From NCBI GenBank assembly GCA_973895155.1, contig OZ316891.1, positions 10,727,875 to 10,791,874 of the forward strand: a stretch of DNA of 64,000 bases, in the 5' to 3' direction. Of the stretch, positions 37,605 to 48,641 are shown piece by piece. The position numbers and the translations under genes were made by a program. Within the stretch, counting starts at the first letter, position 1. Every line of letters starts with the position of its first letter. Under the pieces are notes generated by a model, which made no database searches, had not been told where the DNA came from, and saw only the letters and a list, made by a program, of their open reading frames with translations. This DNA is from Marsupella aquatica. Lineage: Eukaryota; Plantae; Marchantiophyta.

Positions 37605-39442
37605 TCAACTAGCATTTGACTTCAATCTGATGGCCTCCATTTCAAGAGTATTCAATTCTCTTTTCAGCTTATTCATATGACTTTGGACCTGATTGGAGAC
37701 GTACACCCAAGACCCCAACAAAAAGACAAACGAGCTCTTAGGTCAGAGCATATAAGTCGAAATGAACCGCAGGCGATGATTAGATATCCATCAAAACACC
37801 CAACAATCACATGAACTAAGCTTCAGCTTCTGTTGAACTACGCGTCCAGGGCAACGGATACTTTGCATCGAAGACAATCCAACATTGTCGAACGGAGATA
37901 TAGCTAAAAGACATTAATTAACCTACCTGATGACGAGCAGCTGTTAAGGAGGCTAGTTCCTCAGTATCAGAATGCTTTAAGAACCACTGGACCAAAGGAT
38001 GCTCCACTGTGTCCCCTCGTTTCTTTTCAGTCTCACCGGCTGCCGCTGATGTAGAGTTTACAACAACAAAACATATCATGAACACTCTCCATGCTTTCGA
38101 TACACTCAATCACAAAAAGTAGCATTTCAGTACTCTACTCCTGCACGTAGAAGCCATCATCAAGCTAGAACGGGTATCAATAAAAAGTAAAACGCTAGCT
38201 CACCTGGGACTACTGGTGGACTCACACCAGCTGGCACCGGCATTCCATTCACGGAAACTATAGGGTAGTTTTGTATGCGAGAAAAGAAAGCTTCTGATGG
38301 TTCTGTAAGCACAATTTCATCATATGACTCCACTACTACTGGCTTCTTTGTGTTCTGTGGTCCCGAATCATCCTCTGGATATAGTTTCAGATGGTGAAAT
38401 CTGTAGCAAAACCAAACTTTCAGACTGAATCAGTTTCCATCTCGGGAAGCTACCAATTCTTTTGCTAACGTAAAGAGAGATACTGAACTAAGAATCAGAC
38501 TCAAGCAATCGCGAGACCAGCACCATATTTCTCTGGTAATGTGGTTTAACTTAGGAAAACTAGTGACAAAAACATACATTTCAAGCGGTTTTTCGGCAGC
38601 GTCGGGATGGAAATAGACAGTAATGCCAATCTCGAACTCTCCCCATCCAGTTTCAGTCAGTTCAAACGGAGCGGAATCCACTGTCCTCGTCGGGTTATTA
38701 AAACTTGGGTGCAACTGGAATACGACTCTCTTTATCAAAGGTCCAAGGTCCTCATTGCTGGCACTTCTCACATACACTGTCCACTTATGAGAATGATATC
38801 TGCATTATACAAGGAATTTAGTCAAGCCAGGTTTTCCACTTGGGAGATGTACGCCATGCTGCAGAAACGATTTAGCACAAATCTGCCTTTCATCTATCTC
38901 GCAAGATAAATTAAAGCCCATAGGAAGAATATTTACAAAAACAAGTACAGCTTTCGCAAAATCAGGCAGAGCATGAAGAGTCAAATCTTTCAATGCAACG
39001 GTTGTGATACTGGACGCTTGACACTAACAGGATCATTGAAACTTTAGAAAAATCTCTTTGACTGCAAAACGGATTAGGTCAAAATTTAGTAAAGGTTCAC
39101 ATACTCATCAGCTTTCTTGCCGAGCCAGAACGATATTGTCCCGTACGCGATGGGGAAAGTCAACTCCACATCCTTCATTCTTCTGACCGGATTCTGAAAT
39201 GGGAAAGGTATCCAAAATACGTTATGTTGAATCAGAAATTACCGGATCAGTTCCGACATTGTCCTGATCCAGATGAAGGTTACACCGCGAAACTTCCCGC
39301 CCCTGTACCAACCCTGTCTACAAAAGCAGAGCACAAAACCTGCGCGACTCACAGTGCATAGAACCAGACCACTCTGCCGCTAGACAATACGAACCTTCTT
39401 CTCATTGTCGTCCACTAGACGAGCTGTCTTAGCGCGCTGCAT
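37605..39442 (-). CDS. YAF9: YEATS-domain protein YAF9/GAS41 (SWR1/NuA4 subunit), 252 aa. Exons 39442-39395, 39193-39105, 38799-38578, 38400-38204, 38045-37927, 37688-37605
   Basis: [79 protein letters not shown] and a C-terminal coiled coil. Splice phases are consistent. Confidence 0.95.
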
Positions 39443-40320
39443 TCGTCGAATTGCACTCACTTCCGTGTGCTCGATACCAGATTTCTCTCGACGGTAGCTT
39501 ATTGCATCCTCCCCCTCAGGAACAGGATTTCATAGATCTGCGGGGAAAAATAAACACGACTCAAACTGCTTGACAGCAGACACCTCCCCCACTCCCTTTC
39601 CCTCCTACTCGACCTACTCCTCCAGGTCCATGAGAATTCGGATGATTACAGATGAACGCTGCCACTTCGACGCACGTCTTGATGCACTGTCTTGTCGAGG
39701 ATCTATCAGCAAAATCTTAGGAGGGAAATCCGCACTGAAGTGCGAGCATTCTCGAGCAATCTTGACGAGGAGAGGAGACGCGTCTGAGTGACTTGCGATT
39801 GCTCGATGAGAGTAGACTACGAGGAGACTATGAGTTAAGTAATTCATCTCACTCTGACTGCCCACAAACCCTAGTGTACTTTAGCAGGACGTCTCAAAGC
39901 CTCTGCCGTAGCTGTTTTATTTTTCGCAAGGTTATGTTAAAGCTTTTATTTTTGTCACTGCCCTCTCGAGTGTGTTCATAGCATAGTACCAATGTTTATG
40001 GTCAAAAGGTGTGGATCATGAATTTGGTAGTACATAACTTTTAATTAACTAATTTAAGGGCCATCAAAATTTCAAGTTTGAGACCCCCTACCGTTACCCC
40101 ATTCCCGCAGTACACTAAAAAACGTATCAACAAAAATTAAAGAAAAACGTTTAAGGAGGTTCTGCCCGCGTTCAAAGAAAATAGGAAAACAAGACTAGAC
40201 TCTCCTAAAACCCCCCAAAAAGTAAATAATTACCTCTGAAAAATGGCACTCCTGAGTAGATCAGGTGTATTTGTGCATAATGTTTAAATGCAATCAATCT
40301 GGATGGATTGGCCATTGTGT

Positions 40321-40399
40321 TTGAGTGGTCTCATTTTGCTTCCTATCCTAGGAAGCCTTATTATTTTGGTGATCCCGAATTCGAGAGTACGTCTGATAC
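40321..40399 (+). pseudogene. nad4: Mitochondrial nad4 5' fragment inserted in the nucleus (NUMT)
   Basis: Translates LSGLILLPILGSLIILVIPNSRVRLI, matching the N-terminus of plant mitochondrial Nad4 and very close to the liverwort sequence as I recall it; flanks are unrelated. Confidence 0.82.
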
Positions 40400-40477
40400 A
40401 AGTTAGATGCAAAAGGGCATGTCAAAACATGGTTGCATGTGAGATACGGCCATTCATGGCTATAAAATGGCTATAAA

Positions 40478-41313
40478 ATGGCTGTGACTGGCATGGGACA
40501 AAAACCCTGCAGACTACCTATCTGCGTGTCCGCTAGGATCAAACATCTAGAAAGTCGCAACCATAAAACCTTGCTTATGGCAGGGCTTATGGCAGTGCTT
40601 GACACACCCCAACTAAGGACATACCTATTCCACTTCTTGTGCTCTAAGAATCCTGGGTCCACGGTCGTTGAAAGTGGCATGATAGACACCTTGTGGGCGG
40701 CGGTCAGGACGGCAAGGAGACCAGGATCTTGAGCGTTTCCTGTTGACACTCACAGATGGACAGGGAAGAGCACCTTTCCATATTGCTATGGAGTACTCCA
40801 ACGAAACCAATATCATCAGGTTATTGACAGGGAAGACCACAGACAGGGAGGCTGTCGTTGTTGCATTGACCGCACATGACGGAGCTGGACGGAGTCCTCT
40901 CCAGAGGGCTGCTATATTGGGTCATTATGATTCACTTTCTAGAATTTTTGACTTTGCTGCTGATTATCATGAGGGTGCAAGGACATGCCAGATTCCTCAT
41001 AAGTTTGGTATAGAAGACTGGGGATCGTCTTGGCAACTCAACTTCCCGCTAAAATCCCACTCCTTGAGACTCCCCTCCATGCAGCACTCTTCAATAAAAA
41101 TTTCTCCTGCGCGGAGCTTCTGCTCAAATGGGGGCGTGAACTAAAGTTGGTCGAAGAAAACTACGGATCCAGCGATGAAGTACTGTATCCACAAGGCAAT
41201 CCGGTACCATTGCATGCTCTCGACATCAAAGGCGTCAAGGAGTGGATCGAGTGGGATTTACTGGAACTTGCATGTCTTGTGGGAGCACCTGTCACAATCA
41301 TAGAGAAACTCAA
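40478..41313 (+). pseudogene. Ankyrin-repeat gene relic
   Basis: DGQGRAPFHIAMEY, DGAGRSPLQRAAILGH and ETPLHAALFNKNFSCAELLLKWG. The reading frame shifts near 40720 and 41040; ends at a putative donor AAG|GTTTGT. Confidence 0.75.
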
Positions 41314-41691
41314 GGTTTGTTCAAATTTGGAATTCTTCAATAATGGAAGTACAAAATTTAGAAATGTACTAGTGAGTATTACTTTACATCATTTCCATCA
41401 CTGTTTCATATAAAGCTAAAATGCTCGGTTTGTAGGACCATCAGGATTGACCAAGAACCTAAGGGTAGTTCTTCACCTAGACGAACCATCTTGAAATATT
41501 CCTAAAACTCAGACAGTACCTTTGTTTTATATTTTGGAATTTTTGCACTTTTGGATGTTAAAATAAGTGAAGTTGATTTTTGGATCAGGGTTACCATAAT
41601 TAGTCAATAATGTTCTTAACATGGTATAATAGTGTACTATTCTGTATTCCCCACAGGTTTGGGGATTGTGGCAGTTTAAGAACTCATTGAG

Positions 41692-41886
41692 ATGGAACTT
41701 CATGCTCTGCATCATAATCGTCGACTATCTAGAATTCGGTGGCTTGGGCAGGGAGATGAACCATCTAAATTCTTCTTTTCGATGGCTAAAGAAAAAAGAC
41801 AGAGAGAGCGAATGGAGTACCTTATTGCTGAAGACGGAAACGAAATCTGGGAGGAATCGGCAGAATTGGCTGCTTTAGTCGTTTAG
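41692..41886 (+). mobile_element. LINE ORF2 fragment (linker between endonuclease and RT)
   Basis: SRIRWLGQGDEPSKFFFSMAKEKRQRERMEYL matches the L1 SR..WL..GD..T/SKFF motif. Confidence 0.75.
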
Positions 41887-42114
41887 TAATCGTTGCGGAT
41901 TTGAAATTGAGGAACTCTTTGAAGTCTCCATTAACTCTTTCCTATATTTCTGGGTGGTGAAGTAAAGAAATTTGCTGTATCATTTGGCTTCATTCTATTA
42001 GAGGTGGCAATAAATTATCTTCTTTCTGGAAGAAATCAAAGTGGAGGGAGTGTGAAAGTCATATTCTCTTGATAAGTTTAATGCTTTCAAAAGGAGGGGA
42101 AAATATCAGATGGA

Positions 42115-43832
42115 AACACAATTTCGGACCGACCGAGAAGTGTGTCGGAGTTCTCGTTTAGCCCGATCCCGTTTTTTTCTAAGGCAATGCAATGACCGAT
42201 AAAACTGGCAAAAACTCTCTGAAATGCCACTTTCCTCCATTGCATCGCTGCGGGAATGCAGGGAGCGATACGTGCATCGGGTTTTACATTCCGTCAGTGA
42301 AAAAGTCCGAACTGCGAGTAACTTGGTCTGAACCGCGTAATCCAGGAATGACCACGCACTAACCCAGGTAAAGGGGAAACTTAACCATGGTTAAGGGGAA
42401 ATTAACCATGGTTTAGAGCGTCTCCTATATAAAGAGGAGCGGGTTGCCCATAAAACGTTTGTTTTTGCCAGAGCAAATATCTCCTGACTGAGAGCGAATA
42501 CCAAACTCCCATCGAGTCTTACATTCCTCCCAAGCGATTCGACTCTTTCTACCAAAAACCCGATAAATTTATCGGAACAGCCATTCCTGTTCAAGTTCTC
42601 CATGTAAGACTAACTAGTCATTTAGTGTAAAATGTCCAGATCCGAGCGGACTGCGATAAATTTGTCGCATTGTGCATTCCTCTGTTGCAATCATTTGATC
42701 CAGTGTTTAGAGAGGTGTTGCCTTCATTCCGATAAATTTATCGGAGTCTTCATTCCTTTCATGGAAAGAGGAGTAATTGAGAATCCGATAAATTTATCGG
42801 AGTTGTCATTTTTGTGAAAGATTGAATTCAGGGCTTAGGTGTCTGAGGAAGTCATATTTTCAATTCAAATGCGGAGTGCGATAAACTTATCGCATCCTCC
42901 TGTGCGAAAAACTTATCGGCAGTGGCCCTTTTACAGTGTCTGTTGAGGGGTTGGCCCACGTGTCCACTTTTGATTGGCTGTCACCCTAAATGACAAAATA
43001 GCAGAAAAGGGTATATTTCTTGGATTTCCAATTTCATTCTCACACGTGCATCATGGCAAAATTATATAGTTTTGAAATTGAAGCGATAAATTTATCTGAT
43101 GTTGGTATTGCAAAAGTGGTTCCTTCATATGGAAGTTGCAATTTTGAAATTGAAGCGATAAATTTATCTGATGTTGGTATTGCGAAGAGTTTTCTTCATA
43201 TGGATAGGAATTTTGAAATTTAACCGATGAACCGAAGGATCTTAGTATTGTCGACTAGTATTTTTGTCGCCCGTAGTTTTCACGATAATTTTATCGGACT
43301 GCGCATTGTTGTTGAAAGAATGGCATGTTGACTATGGTCACTTGCAGAGGTAACTGGTCAATTGCGGAGGTAACTGCAAGGTAAGTTTGACGAACCGTGC
43401 AGTAATTCTTATCGACTGTGATGTAAAATATTTTTGGTAAATATCCAAAAACTGAGAAAACTGAGATTGGGTCGGAGCTTTCATGGCTCAAATCCGGAGT
43501 CCGATATAGTTATCGCACTTGGCTCGAAACGTGGATATGGATTTATAGATAAGACCTTTCATATATCTTCGGAGAGCGTGAATATGAGGTTGAGGAGAAA
43601 GTTTTTCGGATCTAATTGTTCCTTGATAATATGAATGTTTGTTAGCATGAATTTCATTGGTTTTGATCATTATTAAATTTGCTGTTTCAATCCGAACTCC
43701 GATACGAATTACATTATTTCCCCAAAAATGTGTTTTTGATGAAAAAACTATCGATTTCGCGAGATTCGGCGGAAAATGAAAATACACTTCTCGTTTAGAG
43801 GAAATAGTTCTCGTTCGGTCCGAAATCGTGTT
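42115..43832. mobile_element. Non-autonomous TIR DNA transposon (~1.7 kb) with an internal array of CGATAAATTTATCG palindromes
   Basis: 27-bp TIRs aacacaatttcggaccgaccgagaagt / agttctcgttcggtccgaaatcgtgtt (3 mismatches), flanked by TGGA on both sides; at least 10 motif copies; no transposase ORF. Confidence 0.78.
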
Positions 43833-44265
43833 TGGAGTCATGCTACCCACCGCAACCTACTGCTATGTGTTCTCTAAATCATTCTTTTTGTGGAGTGGAG
43901 CTGGTGATGTCCATGATACTAATTGGAGTTCTGCGATCAGCGGGGGTGCTGATGTCTCCCCAAGGAAAATAGCAAATGGAGGGTGGTTTAGTGAGGTTGG
44001 TTTAGTGAGGAGGGAAGTTATTACTCGTAAGTAGTGTAGAAGCGACTGGCTACGACACTAGTGTGATCTTTATTGATCACCGTTACTTGCCTTACATCAT
44101 GTTGCCCAGTATGCATGATATGCGGTAGCCATCTAGGCTCTTAGTTCTAGGTCACTACGTTATGTCCATTGATCTCTTCCTCTTCCAGGGATCCATCGTT
44201 CCCTACTTATATGGCGCCCTGCGCCTTGTTCTATTGTAGCAATAGAATATTGGTTGTTACCAACA

Positions 44266-44950
44266 CAAGCAAGGTCTTTCTACAAGCAAATATCCGTGGT
44301 GGATCGAGCCAGGATAGGAGCAATGGCAGGGGGTTTGGTCGGAGGATTCACATACTCTTGCCTTCGTCCAATTGACAGTGTCAGGACGAAGCTCCAACAC
44401 GACCTGCACAAGTCTACAAAAATGGATTTGAAGTCTTAGTCTTAATACTGAAAACCAAGGGGTTTCTTGGGTTTACAGTGGCATATCGGCTGTGTTAGCG
44501 GGATCTATACTCTCATCCGCTGTCTATTTTGGTTGCATTGAACTGGGAAGGTGAGCATTGGTAAAGTTTACCTCCGTGTCCCCTTTGTTGATCCCTCCAC
44601 TTTCAGGTGAATTTGGGAACATTGTATCTTCAACAATTCTGGTTCCAAAGGAGGTAATCACACACCGCATGCAGGCAGGGGCGTCTGGAAGATCATGGCA
44701 TCTGTTTTTTAAGGACAGTCCAGAACAAGGGAGTGATGCTGGTTATTCTGCAGCGTTGGTCAGAAATCTTCCCTCCAGTGTGTTAAGCTTCACAGCTTGT
44801 GAGTGTATGAAAGCTGTGTTGTTGAAATATACTGGAAAAAATTCCTTGGAACCCTGGCAGAGCGTTTTCTCTGGAGCCAGGGCTGGAGCAATTTCAGTGC
44901 TCTAACTACTCGTCCAAGACCAATAATGGCATCTGTCATGCCATCCTTTA
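44266..44950 (+). pseudogene. MFL1: Mitochondrial-carrier family MITOFERRIN-LIKE 1 (plastid MFL1-type) pseudogene
   Basis: DRARIGAMAGGLVGGFTYSCLRPIDSVRTKLQ, LIPPLSGEFGNIVSSTILVPKEVITHRMQAGASGRSW, AGYSAALVRNLPSSVLSF and LEPWQSVFSGARAGAIS follow Arabidopsis MFL1 in order; stops, frameshifts and deletions present. Confidence 0.8.
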
Positions 44951-45514
44951 AAAAAATAGAATGTTCTTGCGTTTTGATTGGGTGGGAAGAGTTGCAACCT
45001 CTCATATCACCATGGACAGTTTTGCCTTTTCAACCCAAATTGGAAAGGACTTTTCTTAGTAGAGAATATATTAATAGTTTCTCTTGCCCTACCTCGCAAA
45101 GAATACCCTAACCTTGCATGCACTCACAATTTCAAGCCCACGACGAGGATTTTTTCTTCTCGACGACTACCAATTAAGATGCAGTCGGTTGTTGTGTTTC
45201 ACAAAAATGAATGGCTTTCTCAAGCCCAGTTCTCTTTACCCAATTTGGACCAGCATGCATTCCTCCTTCCATTAGAGTAGTAGCAAATATTTTGTCCCAC
45301 AGTGGCCAGCGCGGCTCTTAATTGCTCGCTCCACACAATACGGATCTGGGATCATTTGTGCTTCAAAGCTCCAGCTTGATAGCATACAAGGGTATCGTCC
45401 AGACTTCTCTACCTTACTTGTCGAGGCCAGTTCTGGTGGGCAAGCTAGGTGGCAAACTGAAAGTAGCATCAGTCAGAGATTGGGTTCATCATTATGTGTC
45501 TTTTGGGATGTAAA

Positions 45515-46455
45515 GGAGTCGAAGTAGAGGAACCTTCGCCCAGCAAATTGGACGCAATCAGATGCGATGAATATTGCACTGTTTGGTCCAGAACGTTTGC
45601 TACTTGCAAATCTGGGTTAAGGGCAGTTCAGGCTGACCAGCCAGTCCCCTAGAAGGACTTTACTATTTTGAGGCCACTGTGGTTTTCCTTCAAGAGTGTT
45701 TAGGAAGTGCCGTTATAGGGTTCTCTGATGAGAAGTTCATTTTCGACCATGCAGTAGGATGGGTGCCCAATAGTTATGGGTACCATGTGGATGGGAAGCT
45801 CTACCGTGGTTCAAAAACGGGTGAACCATTTGGCCCCACTTTCAAAGAAGGTGACATTGTGGGTGCAGGTATCAACGATGCAACAGTAGCCCACTCATGT
45901 CTTATAATTCCTTTGCATCCATAAAAAAGAATGTGAGCCATGCAGTTGCTTATTAGGATTTAGTAGCCAGGGAGTACTGATATGCCGGCCAACATCGATC
46001 CAGCCATGCTAGTTCTGTTTAAAATTGTTAAGCATTCACAAAACTGTCGTCTGATTCAATGCCTCGGTCAGATTTGATTAGCCTTCACTTGTGAAATTCT
46101 GAAGTCCTAAGATATTCCCATCGTTTTGTGGGAAATTGAACCTAATGAACCAAGATTACTTATAAATTCCAGTGGTCATCGATCTCAAAAAAATGATGTC
46201 TGGAAAGTCGTTCCACTTGGAACAATTGGCTCAACTTTCTCACCTGGGGACACTTAGGGTGCAGGTTTGAATTATGAAACCAAGAAGATGTTTTTCACAA
46301 AGGGAGGCCGGATGGTGGGCAGAGCAGAAATTGACCCCCATACTCAAGGGCGACTGTATCCCACCATCAGCCTGAAGGGTGCCAAGTCAACCATGCACGT
46401 CAATTTTGGGTGGGACCCCAGAAGGCCTTTTGAGTTTGATATTGTAGATTGTTGA
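45515..46455 (+). pseudogene. Tandem RanBPM-type SPRY-domain relic with an inverted ankyrin-like segment between the two SPRY parts
   Basis: EEPSPSKLD...VQADQPVP*KDFYYFEA...VGWVPNSYGYHVDG...FGPTFKEGDIVGAGIN, then GSTFSPGDT*GAGLNYETKKMFFTKGG...LYPTISL...VNFG...PFEFDI. Confidence 0.82.
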
Positions 46456-48641
46456 TATCTTCAGACCGATGATGGAGTTCATCGATCCGAGCCACCAAAC
46501 GTGATCCTTAATAATGTGCCCTTGATTTTTCTCTGCATAGTTCAGTGCATTTATGGGGAAAGACAGCACACTCAAGATTTGGAGCTTCACCTTTTGGCAA
46601 TAAGGGTTGGTTCCAAATACCTACAATTTTGTGCCGTGTTTTCAAGTAGGATTGAGAAATGGTGTGTGGATTGTGAACATGGGGATTGCAAACATGACTA
46701 TATCTGAAACCCTAAATGTCTTCCTGTTTGCTTGCAAGTTACCGATACACTGATTGATACATTTTAAGGAGTGTTATGGAGTTAAGGAGTACATCTTAAG
46801 GGGTGTTATTGAATAGGGAATCTACCTTAGACTCAACCAGAGTGCTGCTGACCATGCAGTAAATTGAATGCCATAATATGCAGTTGCTGATTCATTCAAA
46901 CAATAAATTGAACCTAAGTAAGTAAATATTCTCTAGTTTATAGATGATCAAATATTTCCATTTTTTCCTCTGAGTGTCTTGCATTTATGTTTGATCCAGG
47001 TTTACCTGTACCAAACATCTTTTATGTGACTAATCATTTCTTCTTATCAATGACAACATTTAATTTAGTTTTCCATTGAATTTGCTTTGGCCTCATGCCT
47101 GACCATTGGATTTATGTTATGTTTTATTCTAGACTTTGATCACTTAGAAATTAGTGTCCACCAAAGCAAACAAGGCGCCCAATAGGATGCAAAGGCGATA
47201 ATAATTATGAGGAACACCTAGCGGGTACAAGTTAAATACAACATAACTTTTTTATAAGGGTTACTCAATCGTTACATGTTAAAGGCCTATGTATTTTAAA
47301 GGAAATAGAGTCATCTAATTATGAATTGTACTCCACCTGTACAACTAAAATGGATGTGTACAACTGTGAAGAATATACTCTTTGGTGGGAGGGGAACTCG
47401 CCTAGTTTTGTTTTCTTATTATTTTTGAACAAGCTAAAATTCAGTTTTCATTACGGACCCCCATTAGGGGTCCTTTTGCAAAATTCCTGGCTCCACAGAG
47501 CGCCACATCATCATGGCATGCTGCAAACAGGAAGAGACTTGTTTTTGGACAAAATTAACTTTTGCATTCGTGTTTGTGGCAAGTTTGCTGTAAAAACTGG
47601 GATGCCATGCCGTAAAAAAGAATGAAAAAAAATTGACATGTAAATCAAAAGACAAAAAGATTAAGGTAAAACTGCTCCCAATAACAGTTTTATTTACATT
47701 TTGATTTTAATTAAAACATACAAAATTTCCCAGTAACAATTTTTGATTTGACATTGCTGAGTCAAATCACAATGAAAACTCACGTGTAATATGGCATTAG
47801 AAAGATCTTGAAGAGACGGTCCTGATGAGCTCAACATTGTCATCATTTGGTAAGAATTGAGTAAGTAATTTGAAAAATAAAATTTACCCATGATTTTATA
47901 ATCTCTAACGTGAATAGAAATCTTTGTTGTACAACCCCTGAAATGTTGACCCCTTCCATGAGAATGAACCTAAAATTGACAGATTTTATCGAGTACTAAA
48001 AAGATTATGAAATTTAGAATTTCTTTAGTTTTGTAATGAACTTAACATTGATAGATTTAGTTGAGTTTTGAGGAGATTATAAGTTTCCAATGTTCTTTAG
48101 CTTTCCAACGAGTGTAACATTAGGAGATTTTATCAAGTACTAAAGTGGTCATGAGTTTCTAAATTTCTCTAGCTTTCGATCGGTTCCAAATTCCACAATT
48201 GGAGATTTGTTTCCATGAAACTTTTTGTCTTAAATGATTATGCAAAGTTAGTGATTTGATGACACCGATGACTTCTCTCTCTTCGTCTATCTACGTGTAG
48301 GAATTGAAAGTGATTACTTTTGATGCAACTTGAGTGCATCTAGCATCCCTTTGGTACCGTGGAGGAAGCTATCAAGCACCGTTTTGCTTAATTGGGCAAT
48401 TAAGCTACCCTCACATTAAACATTAGTTCACATTGCAGTTGGTTTGGCAATTGATGTTAATTATGGTTGCCTAAGTGGTAAGTTTGGCAACTATTTCAAG
48501 TCAAACATTGACTTGTCCATTTCTGAATTTTTTTTCTTTAGATTTGGAGGTCCATTTAGGCTCAATTTCTAGATAACTGCCTCTCAAATAGCATAAGGGT
48601 CCATGAATTAATTCTAAATGTATCTTTTAGGCTTGCTTTTA

